Origin: Ostrea edulis
Taxonomy: Eukaryota
Assembly (NCBI RefSeq): GCF_947568905.1
Contig: NC_079168.1
Coordinates: 73,718,001 to 73,782,000 of the forward strand
DNA length: 64,000 nucleotides
Direction: 5' to 3'
The notes under the pieces are model-generated. The model saw nothing but the letters and a program-made list of their open reading frames with translations. It made no database searches and was not told the DNA's origin. A program made the translations under genes and the position numbers. This document shows, one piece after another, positions 25,001-36,287 of the stretch; position 1 is the stretch's first letter, and every line of letters begins with the position of its first letter.

Positions 25001-28000
25001 TTGAATCATGTGATGCATCTAGCATTAAACTGAAACAGATTTAAAAAAATAAAACAGATTAAAAAAAAAACAATTTGAGGAGTTCTTGTGTGTGAAAATT
25101 TTTCGAGCATAATATTTTACGTTATAGGCTACATCCTTTATCTTATTCAGTAAAAATCATCACATAGATGAAAGGTGAAGATAACAAACAGTGATCAATC
25201 TCATAACTCCTATAAACAACTCAAAATAGATAGTTGGGCAAACACGTACCTCTGGTCACACCAGAGGTGGGATCAGGTGCCTAGGAGGAGTAAGCATCCC
25301 CTGTCGACCGATCACACCCACCGTGAGCCCTATATCCTGAACAGGTAAACGGAGTTATCCGTAGTCAAAATCAGTGTGCCAAGTATGGTCTAACAATCGG
25401 TATGAAACACGTCTATTTTTGTCAAGAAGATCAAGTATGAATGTTCTATTATGGCTATATATAGGACTCATGACGGGTGTGACCTGTCGATAGGGATGCT
25501 TACTTCTTCTATGCACATGATCCCATCTCTGGTATATCCAGGGGTCCGTGTTTGTCCAACTCTTAATGTTGTATTCCTTATAGGAGTTATGAGATTGATT
25601 TCTTCGTGAAAGTTCGTTATCTTCACCATTTCATCGATTCATTATTGGATCCATTTTCGAAATACAATCGTATTGAATATTCAAATCACCGGTCACGGTA
25701 GCTCAGCGGTAGAGCGTTCGCTTCGTAACCAAGAGTTTGAACACCACTCGTGCCATGGCTGTGTCAAACCTAAGACGTTAACATAGGTAGTGATTGCTCC
25801 TTCGTCAAACTCTCGATATTTAGAACTGAGAATCACGGTTCTTTCGGATATGACCTTATCTCGTATTGGGTCGCGTTTCGCAGCAGGCGTTGGCACTCTA
25901 AAGAACCCTCATTGCTACGGCCCTGAACGCTAAGCATTATAAGTTTAAATCTGTGGTACTTCACCTACAGTCGGTGATGTCTGAATAGGAGTGAAAAATT
26001 CTCGACGGGACGTAAAAAGCAAACAATCAATATTCAAATCTTCTTTTCAGGAATTCAAATTTCCGATTCGTTCGTCTGGATGGTAAGATGACTCAGAAAG
26101 CCAGAGCAAAAAGTATTAAAGTATTTTCAAGCTCAGAAGCTGACTCGCCAACAGTGATGTTGCTGTCGCTGAAGGCAGGAGGAGAGGGCATCAGTTTGAT
26201 AGCAGCTTCACATATGTTTCTCCTAACTCCGGTAATGGTTCTTTTCCCTTTATGTTTCATGGTACAGACAGAATGTGTAAGGTTTCATTAATGTTTCGTT
26301 TGATGGATTTATCTTGGAAAGGTCAAGTTGGTTTGTTTTACAGTATAATGAAATTAATTGTGGAATGAAATTCCCCAGTAATCAAGCATATCATGTGATT
26401 ATAAATTTCAGTGTACAGTATACCATACGTGGTTAATTTGCAGAACAGGAATCGTTGTGCGAATTTAACGCCTTTGTTGACTTACAAAATATAGCAATGT
26501 TTTAGATTTTGAAATAAAGGGTTAAAGAGAATCTGAGGATTACTGACTTTTTGAATTTCAAAAAGGTGACAGTTTCCATTCTCGGATGGGATGAATTTTC
26601 AAGTTATTCAGACATTCCACAATTCTTCAAAAGCTTTGAAAAGTTAGTTCAACTGTATTTAAAATAACATTCGCTTATCTCATGAAAGTTGTCAAATTCA
26701 TTTTCTTTATTAACAAATTGTTAGAGTGTTCTTTACATACTGATTTTGACTACTGATTGCTTTGTTTATCTGAGCAAGATACAGGGATCACGGTGGGTGT
26801 TACCGGTCGACATTGGCTGCTTACTACTCTTAGGCACCTGATCCAACCTCTTTATCTGCTGTACTATTCATTATAATAGTAAATATTTGAGTCGAAATCA
26901 CCTGCTTTTGTTGGTGGAGATATCTGTCCCGCACTTTGTGTATGTCTACTTGCCTTTATGTATCGGCATAAAACACAAGAAAAATATCGACGTGAAAAAC
27001 GACTCAAAACTTACAATATTTAAATCGTGCAGATTTGTTATACCTGATCTCATTGGTACAATTCTTTGTATAGGTATACCATTTGACCAATGACATTGAA
27101 TATAACCGATCGCTAAAATCTGAACCGAAAGTTTGGGATCGTTTGCTTTGTCGATCTATTTCTTGTTTATTTCTGTTCCTTCGAAATATTTTCACTTATA
27201 TCAAGATGTCACGAGCTGTAGATGAAGAGCCGCGACTAGTTTCTTATGGACGGTCCTCATTGCAATACCAGTGAGGGTTCTTTATCGTGTGACATGGGAC
27301 CTCGGTATGTAAGATGCAAGATCTCTTACTAAAATACCCACGACTGAGAGTGAGAGTGTGTTGAAGGAGCAGTTACTAGCTAGTTTATCGTCTTAGGTTT
27401 CACACGGCCAAATTACAAGGGAATCTCAAACATTCGAATGTCTGGGCACGAAGCAAACATTTCAATCATTGGACCACCGCAACCGGTATCTAAATGTATT
27501 TCTTGCTCACGGTGGCGTGTACATAAAAGACAACAGCTGAAGGTACCGAGAGGATGTGGTCAATAGACCAAAATGTGATACAATATGGATGTTTCCACTA
27601 ACAAATATATGTAATTTCGGCAATTGGTTGCAAATAGACGAATTGCAATTGGTGACATATATACTTAGATCCAAATCACTCTGTAAAATAAAACAAATTA
27701 AATTTGATAATTTTCACAAGTATTATATATCTCCTTGGTTTAACATGAGGAGTTTAAATATCATCAACTAATTGGCTATATTTCAGTACAGTTTCACCAT
27801 TGTCTCTTTGACACCTGTACCTTCCAAATGATACCTGCTTCTATGTACCAGAAGTAACTAGAGACATTAAAACTTTATTTTAGCATTGGAATCCGTCTAC
27901 CGAGGATCAATGTTTTGACAGGTGTCACAGAATTGGTCAAACAAAAGATGTCACAGTAATAAAGGTACAGAAAGAATAATTTGCTGAATGAGTGTAACAA

Positions 28001-28216
28001 GTACAATAGTATAGTAGAACTGAAATATGATATCGACTTTTCTTTTGCATATTGCAGTACGTGGTCAAAGATACCATAGAAGAAAGAATACTCAGTCTTC
28101 AAAAGCAAAAGAAGAAACTTATGGAGTGTGCTTTTAACAACAATAAAGAAAAGCCTGAAAAATTAGGAATTGATGAGATTATGACATTACTGAACATACC
28201 TTGTTATGGGGAGTAA
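10085..28216 (+). CDS. HLTF: HLTF/SMARCA3-like SNF2-family helicase / RING E3 ligase, 22 coding exons, 1139 aa
   Basis: GT-AG exons with matching phases: 10085-10093, 10371-10451, 10894-10998, 11187-11303, 12515-12694, 13078-13235, 13607-13841, 15860-15934, 16419-16584, 17952-18523, 18810-18852, 18941-19050, 19248-19388, 20440-20572, 21199-21334, 21821-22000, 22136-22245, 22914-23248, 23363-23475, 26051-26231, 27884-27964, 28058-28216 (3420 nt, no internal stop). Motifs: HIRAN-like region, HQKQALHWM, GILADEMGLGKT, TLIVAPLSV, VVLDEGH, TGTPIQN, LRQLCCHP, C3HC4 RING, RLDG, QCFDRCHRIGQ. In-frame stop just upstream of the ATG. The first four small exons rest on splice signals and phase only. Confidence 0.9.
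11478..11579. repeat. 27-bp tandem repeat, about 4 copies (intronic)
   Basis: CCTATGCAGGCCCTCTCCCAAGCATAG variants. Confidence 0.9.
12046..12514. repeat. 44-bp minisatellite, about 10 copies, abutting an HLTF acceptor
   Basis: Unit CCTTCG(G/A)TACAGAATTAAATACTGTATATGAATATTCAATTCAG. Confidence 0.92.
14440..15170. mobile_element. Two back-to-back Kolobok-like termini with embedded tRNA-like sequence
   Basis: ...GGAGTATCTCC+TTAA ends at 14614; TTAA+GGAGGCATACTACATCG starts at 14866. The two ends are similar in inverted orientation; outer limits uncertain. Confidence 0.4.
15430..15760 (+). mobile_element. Non-autonomous Helentron (HINE)-like element
   Basis: 5' TTATAC...GGGTATAATG palindrome-like start, GTCC microsatellite, one central repeat monomer, 3' GGGTATGTGAGCTTGCTCAC hairpin before a T-rich end. 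Confidence 0.7.
16745..17270. repeat. 30-32-bp minisatellite, about 17 copies
   Basis: Unit GATACC(T/G)GTCGATAGAAAACAT(AT)TGACTTG(C/T)ATG. Confidence 0.95.
17263..17730 (+). mobile_element. tRNA-headed Meta/MESC-type SINE interrupted by a Naiad 3' fragment (about 17361-17529)
   Basis: Head ACCGGTTGCGGTAGCC... matches the copy at 25688; the body resumes after the PLE tail CCTTTCAC. Confidence 0.7.
19425..19520 (+). mobile_element. Naiad PLE 3'-end fragment
   Basis: TCCAGGGGTTCGTATT...GAGTTATGAGATTGATCACTG...TCACCTTTTCAT matches the 3' end at 30670-30759. Confidence 0.75.
20017..20260 (+). mobile_element. tRNA-less SINE-like element (structured-head family)
   Basis: Begins with the GGGACCTGGATTAGTACAGGTCCTCAG head, Meta-type body, CAAT-type tail. 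Confidence 0.75.
20709..20915 (+). mobile_element. tRNA-less SINE-like element with internal deletion
   Basis: 12-bp target duplication CTAAATGTTCAA at 20697-20708 and 20916-20927; head GTCCCGTGGGGATCCGGGTTAGAATAGG; AATC-repeat tail. Confidence 0.88.
21636..21816 (+). mobile_element. Naiad PLE 3'-end fragment
   Basis: Close match to 30585-30759; ends 4 nt before the start of HLTF exon 16. Confidence 0.88.
23535..23765 (-). mobile_element. SINE-like element, 5'-truncated
   Basis: Reverse complement of the same body and tail as 41975-42240. Confidence 0.75.
25168..25632. mobile_element. Head-to-head pair of Naiad 3' fragments (25168-25412 minus, about 25455-25632 plus)
   Basis: ATGAAAGGTGAAGATAAC on the left and TTATCTTCACCATTTCAT on the right. 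Confidence 0.8.
25688..26028 (+). mobile_element. Full-length tRNA-derived Meta/MESC-type SINE
   Basis: A-box TAGCTCAGCGG, decayed B-box, 12-bp target duplication AATATTCAAATC (25676-25687 / 26029-26040). Confidence 0.88.
26730..26850 (+). mobile_element. Naiad PLE 3'-UTR fragment
   Basis: ACTGATTTTGACTAC...GGGTGTTACCGGTCGAC...AGGCACCTGATCC. Confidence 0.65.
27150..27487 (-). mobile_element. Degraded tRNA-headed SINE
   Basis: Reverse complement resembles 25688-26028 (ACCGGTTGCGGTGG head, GTCTTAGGTTT, GAGGGTTCTTTA). Confidence 0.55.
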
Positions 28217-28571
28217 TCTGTAATGGACTCATTTATCAATTCCAAGTAATTGTCATGCAAATACATTACTTTCATAAAATTGTAAGTAATGACCAATACT
28301 TTTCAATCAAAACGATTCTAGCCTACCCAGGATCCGCTCCTGTAGATTTACTTTTCAGCATTGCAAGCAAAGATTTAAGGTCAGAGCTCACGATTATGAA
28401 ATGCACCTCTGATGTGTAAAATTCCTAGATATATTTACAATTTGACTTCAAGGATGATAAATTATGTGTTGATATTTCGTTTTTGTAATGTGTGATGTAT
28501 TTCATTACTTACGCATAGTAATTGTAATTTATGAATTACTTTTCTGTGAAAGTAATGGTATCTATAATGGG

Positions 28572-28577
28572 AATAAA
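28572..28577 (+). terminator. Candidate polyadenylation signal of the HLTF-like gene
   Basis: AATAAA about 355 nt after the stop codon. Confidence 0.45.
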
Positions 28578-28592
28578 ATATTATAGTCTTAA

Positions 28593-29364
28593 AGGGAAAG
28601 GCAACCCAATTTTTTACATGATAAAAATGATACGATTAATTATATGATAAAGATTTGTCATACTATTCTTTTGATATACGACCTAGATAAGCTTCAGTAC
28701 TAATTTTAAAACGTTAAAAAATTGAAATTCCCGCCATCTATAGAGGCTGCCATGATGCTGAACTCTTTTATATTCAAGATCACAAAAATCAATAATTTTG
28801 ACGTCACCCCGTCTATTCCGGTTTTGATGAGATTCTATGATCATCAAAGATGTGCATGTGGTAGATTTTACGAATACATTGTAAATATGTGGATGCCTTC
28901 CTGTCAAGCAGTTAATTACACTAATGCGAAGGGGAGATGTGAAAAAAGTCCCCCCCCCCGAAATATATTGACTCAACAAAGTTATTTGAAAAGAAAATAC
29001 TATGTAAACTGTGGATCCATCATTTGCGTAATGACAAGTTGAGGTTTGAGACATTCACATGTATGAAGAAACGAGTACCATCTTCCTGGTCTGCGACTCG
29101 ACTGAACGTCTTGTTTTCTTAAATTCTTCTTGCGAAAATCTATACTGCTCCAAACTTAACTGTTCGTGACTTGTCATGTTTACAGTGCTGGTGATGAAAT
29201 AAACCGGAACCGACGGTGTGACGGTGTGACGTAATGAATTAAACTTCAATGGCGAGTAATTTGAAATATAAGATAGATTAATATTGATTTAATTGTTAAG
29301 CAAGGATTTTTGTTATTAAAGACTGTCATTAACGATATCAATGTGGTTAGGATTGCCTTTCCCT
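28593..29364. mobile_element. Non-autonomous Kolobok-like DNA transposon
   Basis: TTAA on both sides; terminal inverted repeat AGGGAAAGGCAA / TTGCCTTTCCCT. Confidence 0.82.
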
Positions 29365-29735
29365 TTAATTTAATGCATTACCTTTTAAAGTAATTGCCCC
29401 ATGTCTGAAATATATAATGCATTTTTTTTTCAATAATTTCAAATAATACAAACATGATATTCAGATTTTTTATCTTGATATACAAATTTCGATATTACAA
29501 AATGATATTCCTTCCAAATCATGCCGTCAGTTCCTTAAACTCATTCACTAACAAAGGAATATAAACAACATTCATTGTCATAAACAAGTTCAGTCTTGCA
29601 TTCCAGCACATTTCAAGTTCAAGTCTACACCCTGTATTTCCAATAAATATACTTCCAGTTTAGCATCGTGTGCTAAATGTGAAACGAAGAACTTAATACC
29701 TTGTCAGAGTGGATGAAATGCGATACACAAGGAAT

Positions 29736-30759
29736 ACAGTTGCTTCTTTAAAAAAATGGAAAAAGGAAATATTCATATCTGTTGACCAGTCATCCAAAAA
29801 CTTACTTTGTTAAACATCACTCTGATTCCACGCACAAGTACTCTGAAGTTGAAATAAAAAATATGCTAGAGTTCCTCATTGACAATATCTTCATGGTCTT
29901 TGGTGATCAGGTCTTCCAACAGTCTGTTGGAATTCCCATGGGCACGAATTGTGCTCCTCTATTAGCTGACCTGTTTCTATATTCATATGAAGCAGAATTT
30001 ATTCAAAAACTTCTACGTGAGAAGAAAAATCTCTTGCGGTGGCCTTCAATTCGACATTTAGATCTATCGACGACGTTTTGTCTATTAACAATAATAACTT
30101 TCATTCATATGTCGATTCGATATGTCCCTGTGAGCTTGAAATAAAAGACACTACAGAGTCGTCCACTTCAGCTTCATACTTAGATATTTTATTGAAAGTA
30201 GACATTAACAGCAAACTGACAACTCAACTGTATGACAAAAAGGATGATTTCAGTTTCTTAATTGTCAATGTCTCATATTTATGTAGCAATAATCCATTAT
30301 CACCTGTATGTGTTGTTGATATCTCTCTACTGATTCGATACGGAAGAGTTTGTTCTGCGTATAGTCAGTTTTTAAATTGAGGCAAGCTATTGACAAACAA
30401 GTTGATGGTACAGGGGTTTCAACTGTCTCGATTGATGTCATCATTTCGCAACTTCTATGATCGTTATAACGATCTAGATCGTCAATACAACCTATCATTG
30501 GGTCAAATGCTGTCTGGGGTGTTTCATACCGATTGTTAGGCCGTTCTTGGCACACTGATGTTGACTACGGATAACTCCGTTTACCTGATCAGGATATAGG
30601 GCTCACGGCGGATGTGACCGGTCGACAGGGGATGCTTACTCCTCCTAGGCACCTGATTCCACCTCTGGTGTGTCCAGGGGTCCGTGTTTGCCCAACTATC
30701 TATTTTGATTTGCTTATAGGAGTTATGAGATTGATCACTTCGTTATCTTCACCTTTCAT
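29736..30759 (+). mobile_element. Naiad-type Penelope-like retroelement, 5'-truncated RT and 3' UTR
   Basis: VGIPMGTNCAPLLADLFLYSYE and FRSIDDVLS; no C-terminal GIY-YIG after the RT; frameshifts present. Confidence 0.88.
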
Positions 30760-30760
30760 G

Positions 30761-31008
30761 ATAGAGTTGGACAAATACGACCCTTTGACATACCAGAGGT
30801 GGGATCAGATGCCTAGGAAAAATAAGCATCCCCTGTCAACCGGTCATACTCACTCTGAGCTGTATGTTTTGATCAGGCAAACGTAGTAATCCGTACCGTA
30901 GTCAAGATCAGTGTGCCAAGAACGGCCTAGCAATTGGTATGAAACACGTCAAACAGCATTTGACCCAATGATAAGTTATATGGGCAAATCAGATCATTAC
31001 AACGACCA
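30761..31008 (-). mobile_element. Inverted Naiad 3' fragment, tail-to-tail with the previous copy
   Basis: Reverse complement of about 30455-30710 with divergence. Confidence 0.8.
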
Positions 31009-31014
31009 TCAAAG

Positions 31015-32818
31015 GATAAAAAGAACCCCGTTTTAGACGCATCAAAACAAAAGTGTAAACCATATATCCTTCTGTGTATAGTAAACCAGAAATGATCAAA
31101 GAATTAGATCGGTAATATGAAGAATGTGTTTTGGTTCCAGCAGACAAGGCTTATATCAACATTGTCTTGTAAAGCTCATTATTACAACTGTATCTTTAAC
31201 GATCTTGCCCTACATTTCATGATTAAAGTACAAAAGATGAAATTCTTCAACATCAAGCATCAGTTTTAAACATTTGATATCCCAGTCAATGGGCCAGATG
31301 AATGAGAGTTGCCATATCTATACTGGATTCCTAAACTTAAAAAAAAAACCTTACAAACAAAGATACATTCCTAGATTCACTAAATGGTCTGCCAAGCCTC
31401 TATCTTTTCTCCTCAGAAAAATATTAACAGATGTGAAGGAGAAACTTCAAGTGTCTAGTGCCACATTATATACCAGAAGTGGGGCAAATCAAATGTGGAT
31501 TCTAAACCATTCTAAAGAACTTCTAGTTAATTTGAAATCACAAAACTTTTTTCATATCAACATCAAAACGTATTACTTTTGAACACTTTACACGACCATT
31601 CCTTACGATAAATTAAAGACTAGTGCATTTTTGAAATTATAGACAGTTGCTTAGTCAACCAAAATGTAAGAAAGGAAATATTCATTCTAAAAAACTTTTA
31701 TTACACTTGAAATCGCAAAATTTTTCTGAAATTAACAACATACAAACGCATGGCTTTTCAACACTTTACACGACCATTCCTCACGATGAATTAAAGACTA
31801 GACTTTTTGACATCATAGACAGTTGCTTCTTCAACAGAAATAGAAAACGCAAATATTCCTATCTAGTGATCAGTCATCCAAAAAAATATTTTGTTAAACG
31901 CCACTCTGCTTCCACGCGCAAGTACTCTGAAGTTGAAATAAAAATACACTGGACGTCCTCATTGACAATATCTTCGTGGTTTTTATTGATCAGGTCTTCC
32001 GACAGTCTGTTGGAATCCCATGGACACGAATTGTGCTCCTTTCTTGGCTGACATGTATTTATATTCCTATAAAACAGAATTTATTCAAAAACTTCTACGT
32101 GAGAAGAAAAAAATATCTTGCTCTGACCTTCAATTCAACATTTAAATATATCGACGACGTTTTATCTATTAACAATAATTTTATTGATTCGATTCGATAC
32201 ACTGTATATCACAGCGAACTTGAAATAAAAGAAACCACAGAGTCGACCACTGCTTCCCACTTAGATATTTTATTGAAAGTAGATATTAACGGCAAATTAA
32301 CAACTCAACTTTATGTTAAACGGAATGATTTCAACTTCTCCTTCGTCAGCTTCCCATATTTATATAGCATTATTCCATTATCACCTGCATATGGTGTTTA
32401 TATCTCTCAACTGATTGGATACGCAAGAGCTTGTTCTACTTATGTTGAGTTTTTAAATTGAAGCAGGCTACTGACAGGCTACTGACAAATAAATTGATGG
32501 TGCAGGAGTTCCGACAGTCTCGTTTAAAGTCAACATCTCGCAAATTCTATGGTCTTTATAATGATCTAGTTTTCCGATACACCTATCATTGGGTCAAATA
32601 CTGTCAGATGTGTTCCATACCGATTATGAGGCCGTTCTTGGCAGACTGATTTTGACTACTGATAACTCCTTTTACGTGATCAAAATATAGGGCTCACGGC
32701 GGGTGTGGCCGGTCGACAAGGAATACTTACTACTGCTAGGCACCTGATCCCACCTTTGGTATATCCAGGGGTCCATGTTTACTCAACTGTCTTTTTTGTA
32801 TTTCTTATAGGAGTTATC
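31015..32818 (+). mobile_element. Naiad-type PLE, longer decayed RT copy with an internal duplication
   Basis: VPADK, YWIPKL, STLYTTIPHDELK, KYIDDVLS; duplicated block about 31510-31640 / 31700-31830. Confidence 0.85.
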
Positions 32819-32894
32819 TTCACATTTAGATATATCTACAATGTACTACATTTATGTATATTAATAATGATCATTTTCAATCATATGTCGATAC

Positions 32895-34165
32895 TTTACC
32901 AAAATCAGACAAATCTTTAGACCAGGTTATAACAGCACTTCAAGATGACAATAGATCTCTGATTAAATGGTTCTCCTCAAACAAAATGCAGGCAAACCCA
33001 AAAAAGTTTCAAGCTATATCTATTGGCAACAAAACACAAAAGGAAAGCATCTTTGATCTAAATGGAATGAAAATTTATTGTGATGATGAGATAAAACTAT
33101 TGGTTATCACCATTGATTTGAAGCTTTCTTTCAACACACATATCACCAATATTTGCAAAAAGGCAGCAAGGGAATTAAAGGTTCTTAAACGGATAGGCAA
33201 ACATTTAAGCAAATTAGTCAAATTAACAATATTTCATTCATTTATTATGTCCAATTTTAGTTATTGTCAATTGACATGACACTTCTGCACTTAACAAAAC
33301 ACCCGCAAAATTGAAAAGATACTGGAAAGAGCTTTTAGGATTTATTTATGATGATTACAAAAGCACGTATGAAAATTCATTAAATCAATCAAAATTACCA
33401 TAATTGAAAACCAGGAGAATGCGAACAATAGCTCTTTTAAACTTATTCACAAAATTATCCCAGTTTTCCTGCAAGATTTAGTTGTCGTAAAAACCATTCA
33501 TACAATTTTAGATATACGAATACAGCTGAAATACCCAAATCAAGATCAACCAGGTATGGGATTAAATCTTTCACATATTAGGCAGCAAAGCTCTGGAACT
33601 CTTTGTATATAATGTCAGAAATTTCTCAACATACAGCCAGTTTTCAAATTATGTCTTAAATTGGTATGGGGGAGTAAATTGTAAATGTAGGTCATGCAGA
33701 CTCCAGCCTCTCCTGCCTACATCTTGAATTTGTGATCTAAACTATTATTGTTACCCGTTAAATTTTACTATTCCAACTGTGTTGGTGCTGTGTGTATTAC
33801 CCCTGATTCTTTTATATGTACCTGTGTTTTATATATTCCCTGTATATCTATGCATGTTTTATGTTTCTGTATCTGTGTTTTAGTAAGTCCCTTTATATTT
33901 ATGCATGTTTTTTGTTTCCCAACTGCATTAGTGTTTTGCTTCTTACCTTTTTTTACCCTTGATTTTTCTATATATGTATGTGGGTTTTCTTTTGTTCATA
34001 TAGTATGTGTTTTTTATTTATTTAAAAATGTGTTTGTTTTATGACTGTATGTATATATACCATTTGTGTTATGTGTTGCTTAAAGAGCAGTTTGGCTCAT
34101 GTTACTTGTTTATTGTAAATAGTTCCGACTTTAAATAAAAATTACTAACTTGCTTACTTACTTAC
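32895..34165 (+). mobile_element. L2/CR1-group LINE, 3' fragment, inserted in a third Naiad copy (32819-32892 and 34170-34470)
   Basis: KWFSSNKMQANPKKF, KLLVITIDLKLSFNTHI, YGIKSF..AAKLWNSL; AATAAA then a (TTAC)n tail; Naiad RT sequence on both sides. Confidence 0.8.
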
Positions 34166-34625
34166 AAATAAACTTTATGACAAACAGGATGATTTCAGCT
34201 TCTGCATTGTCAACTTCCAATATTTATGTAGCAATATTCCATTATCACCTGCATATCGTGTTTATGTCTCAAGTGATTCGATACACAAGAGCTTGTTCTG
34301 TGTATGATTAGTTTTTAAACTGAGACAAGCTACTGACAAACAAGTTGATGTTACTGGGGTTTCAACAATCTCGTTTGAAGTCAGCATTTCCCACATTCTA
34401 TGTTTGTGTTAACGATCTAGTTTGCAAATACGGCCTGCCATTGGGTCAAATAATGTTTCATACTAATTATAAAGTTGAGGTGTTAGTTTGCTGTTAACAT
34501 CTACGTTCAGTGAAACATCCAAATGAGATTCAGTGATGTCTTTTACTTTGGGTTCACTGGAGCATAACTAATCGAATTATATGATTGAAAATGAGTATTC
34601 CTAAGATATATGAAAAACGTCATCG

Positions 34626-34762
34626 ATGAAAGGTGAAGATAACAAACAGTGATCAATCTCATAACTCCTAAAATCAATACAAAATAGATAGCTGGGCAAA
34701 CACGGACCCCTGGACACACCAGAGGTGGGATGAGGTGCCTCGGAGGAGTAAGCATCCCCTGT
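34626..34762 (-). mobile_element. Naiad 3' fragment with a 14-bp flanking duplication
   Basis: AAAACGTCATCGAT at 34614-34627, 34763-34776 and 34777-34790. Confidence 0.85.
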
Positions 34763-35010
34763 AAAACGTCATCGATAAAACGTCATCGATATATGAAGAA
34801 GTACTGTCAGTTCCCTTTAAAATACACAGTTGCGATATCCAGACGCAAAATTTAAGATGGAACATAAACAAGTTGGCGTTACAGAACACTTTTTTCAAAA
34901 TTTAGGATTAACTAATATATCTAAGACAATATATTAACAAAATTCCTGAAATTAATGAAATATTTGGAGGCATTCAACATTCGCATATTGTTTTGATTTT
35001 TATTTGTTAA

Positions 35011-35085
35011 ACTGGAATCTTTTCTCCAGGATTATTGGTCTGACAGGTGTCACAGTCCAACCAAAAATGTCATTGTAACAGTGTC
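35011..35085 (+). pseudogene. Decayed copy of HLTF-like exon 21 (helicase motif VI)
   Basis: TGGAATC, AGGAT, an exact TGACAGGTGTCACAG and a further 18/24 match align collinearly with 27887-27960. Confidence 0.45.
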
Positions 35086-35819
35086 ATAGACAAAACCACC
35101 AATAATTTATTGCAAAATAAATAAATTTCAATACATATGGCAAAACTGAAATACAATAACGACACATCTTAATTTCAAGAAGTGATCAAACAAAATATAC
35201 AAGGAAATACACTTTCAAAGTAGAACTAGAACTATCCTAACGAGACTGATACTCCCGTAGTGGTGGGAAATCGTGAATGTGTGCTCATTGAAGAATAAGC
35301 ACAACCTTTGGACATGGAGAGATGCTCTGTTGCGCGGAGTTAATAAAGAGTGTACAAATTTTCACGGAATTATATGCTCAAGTTGAAAAATGTCTTTGAC
35401 AAAATCATATCAACAGACGGATAGGAGACAGACAGAAAAATGGACTGATGATTCCATTATACCGTCTCCTAAACCTCTGTAAGAAAACAGGTGGTTACGA
35501 AATCTAAAATAAGATAACTGTGTCGATAATATCTATAACTTCCTTTAATGTTAATCTATCTCAATGAAAATGACAGGTGAACAACATTACTATATACATA
35601 ATATGAATGAAATAAAAGGTGAAGATAACAAACAGAGGTATAATCAGGTAGGATCAAGTGTTAATTGACTTTTAAGATATACTATGTACAATGACAACAC
35701 CCCTCAAAATGAAAAAAATACCCATAACTTCCTAGAATGTTTAAGAACCTGAATTAAAATATCAGATACACAATTTCATTATTCATTTGATATATATAAA
35801 GTTTTAATCTAATCTGTTC

Positions 35820-35920
35820 TTTGGTGATATACTCTGGACAAATGGTGTCTACGGACGGAGAGGCGAACAAGGTCATTCCAGTATCCCTGCACATAGATTT
35901 TGTTTGCGGGGTATAATCAA
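35820..35920 (-). mobile_element. Helentron/HINE-like 5' fragment
   Basis: Minus strand ATTATACCCCGCAAAC...CCGTCCGTAGACACC. Confidence 0.45.
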
Positions 35921-36287
35921 AAACGGAGAGTGCTGTGAAAAACAAATACTAAATAGAACTGTGATTGATTGATTGTATATTGGTTAACGTCCCACTCGAC
36001 AAATTTTCACTCATATGGAGACGTTAGAACCATGAAAAACTAGAAATTAGTGAGAAAACGACATTATTAACCGAATAAAGCATTGCTTACAAAGTTAAAT
36101 ATGTTAATGCCGCATTACACTTGTAATCATTAGTTATATCGATCGATACAAAAATAATAGTAAAATTGTAAGGGCAACAAATCTAATAAAAGCGTTGAAT
36201 TCCTTTATATTGAAACAGAGAGGTAGAAGAAAAACCCCCAGAGCAGTCCAGATTCCATGTGTTTTCCGAGGTAGATACTTTGTAGAA

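Noticed and set aside
25688-25760. tRNA genes here and at about 14930, 19845, 50360, 51600 and 55020
   Set aside because: No complete cloverleaf could be formed, and several continue into SINE or transposon sequence.
29736-32818. Selenocysteine recoding of TGA in Naiad ORFs, as reported for some clam Naiads
   Set aside because: The copies also have TAA/TAG stops and frameshifts, and no convincing SECIS could be seen; a family consensus would be needed.
36134-36185. Alternative last exon FVALTILLLFLYRSI for the first SLC46 gene
   Set aside because: The 36348-36288 exon has a stronger acceptor and ends like the paralogue (INVA versus INVK).
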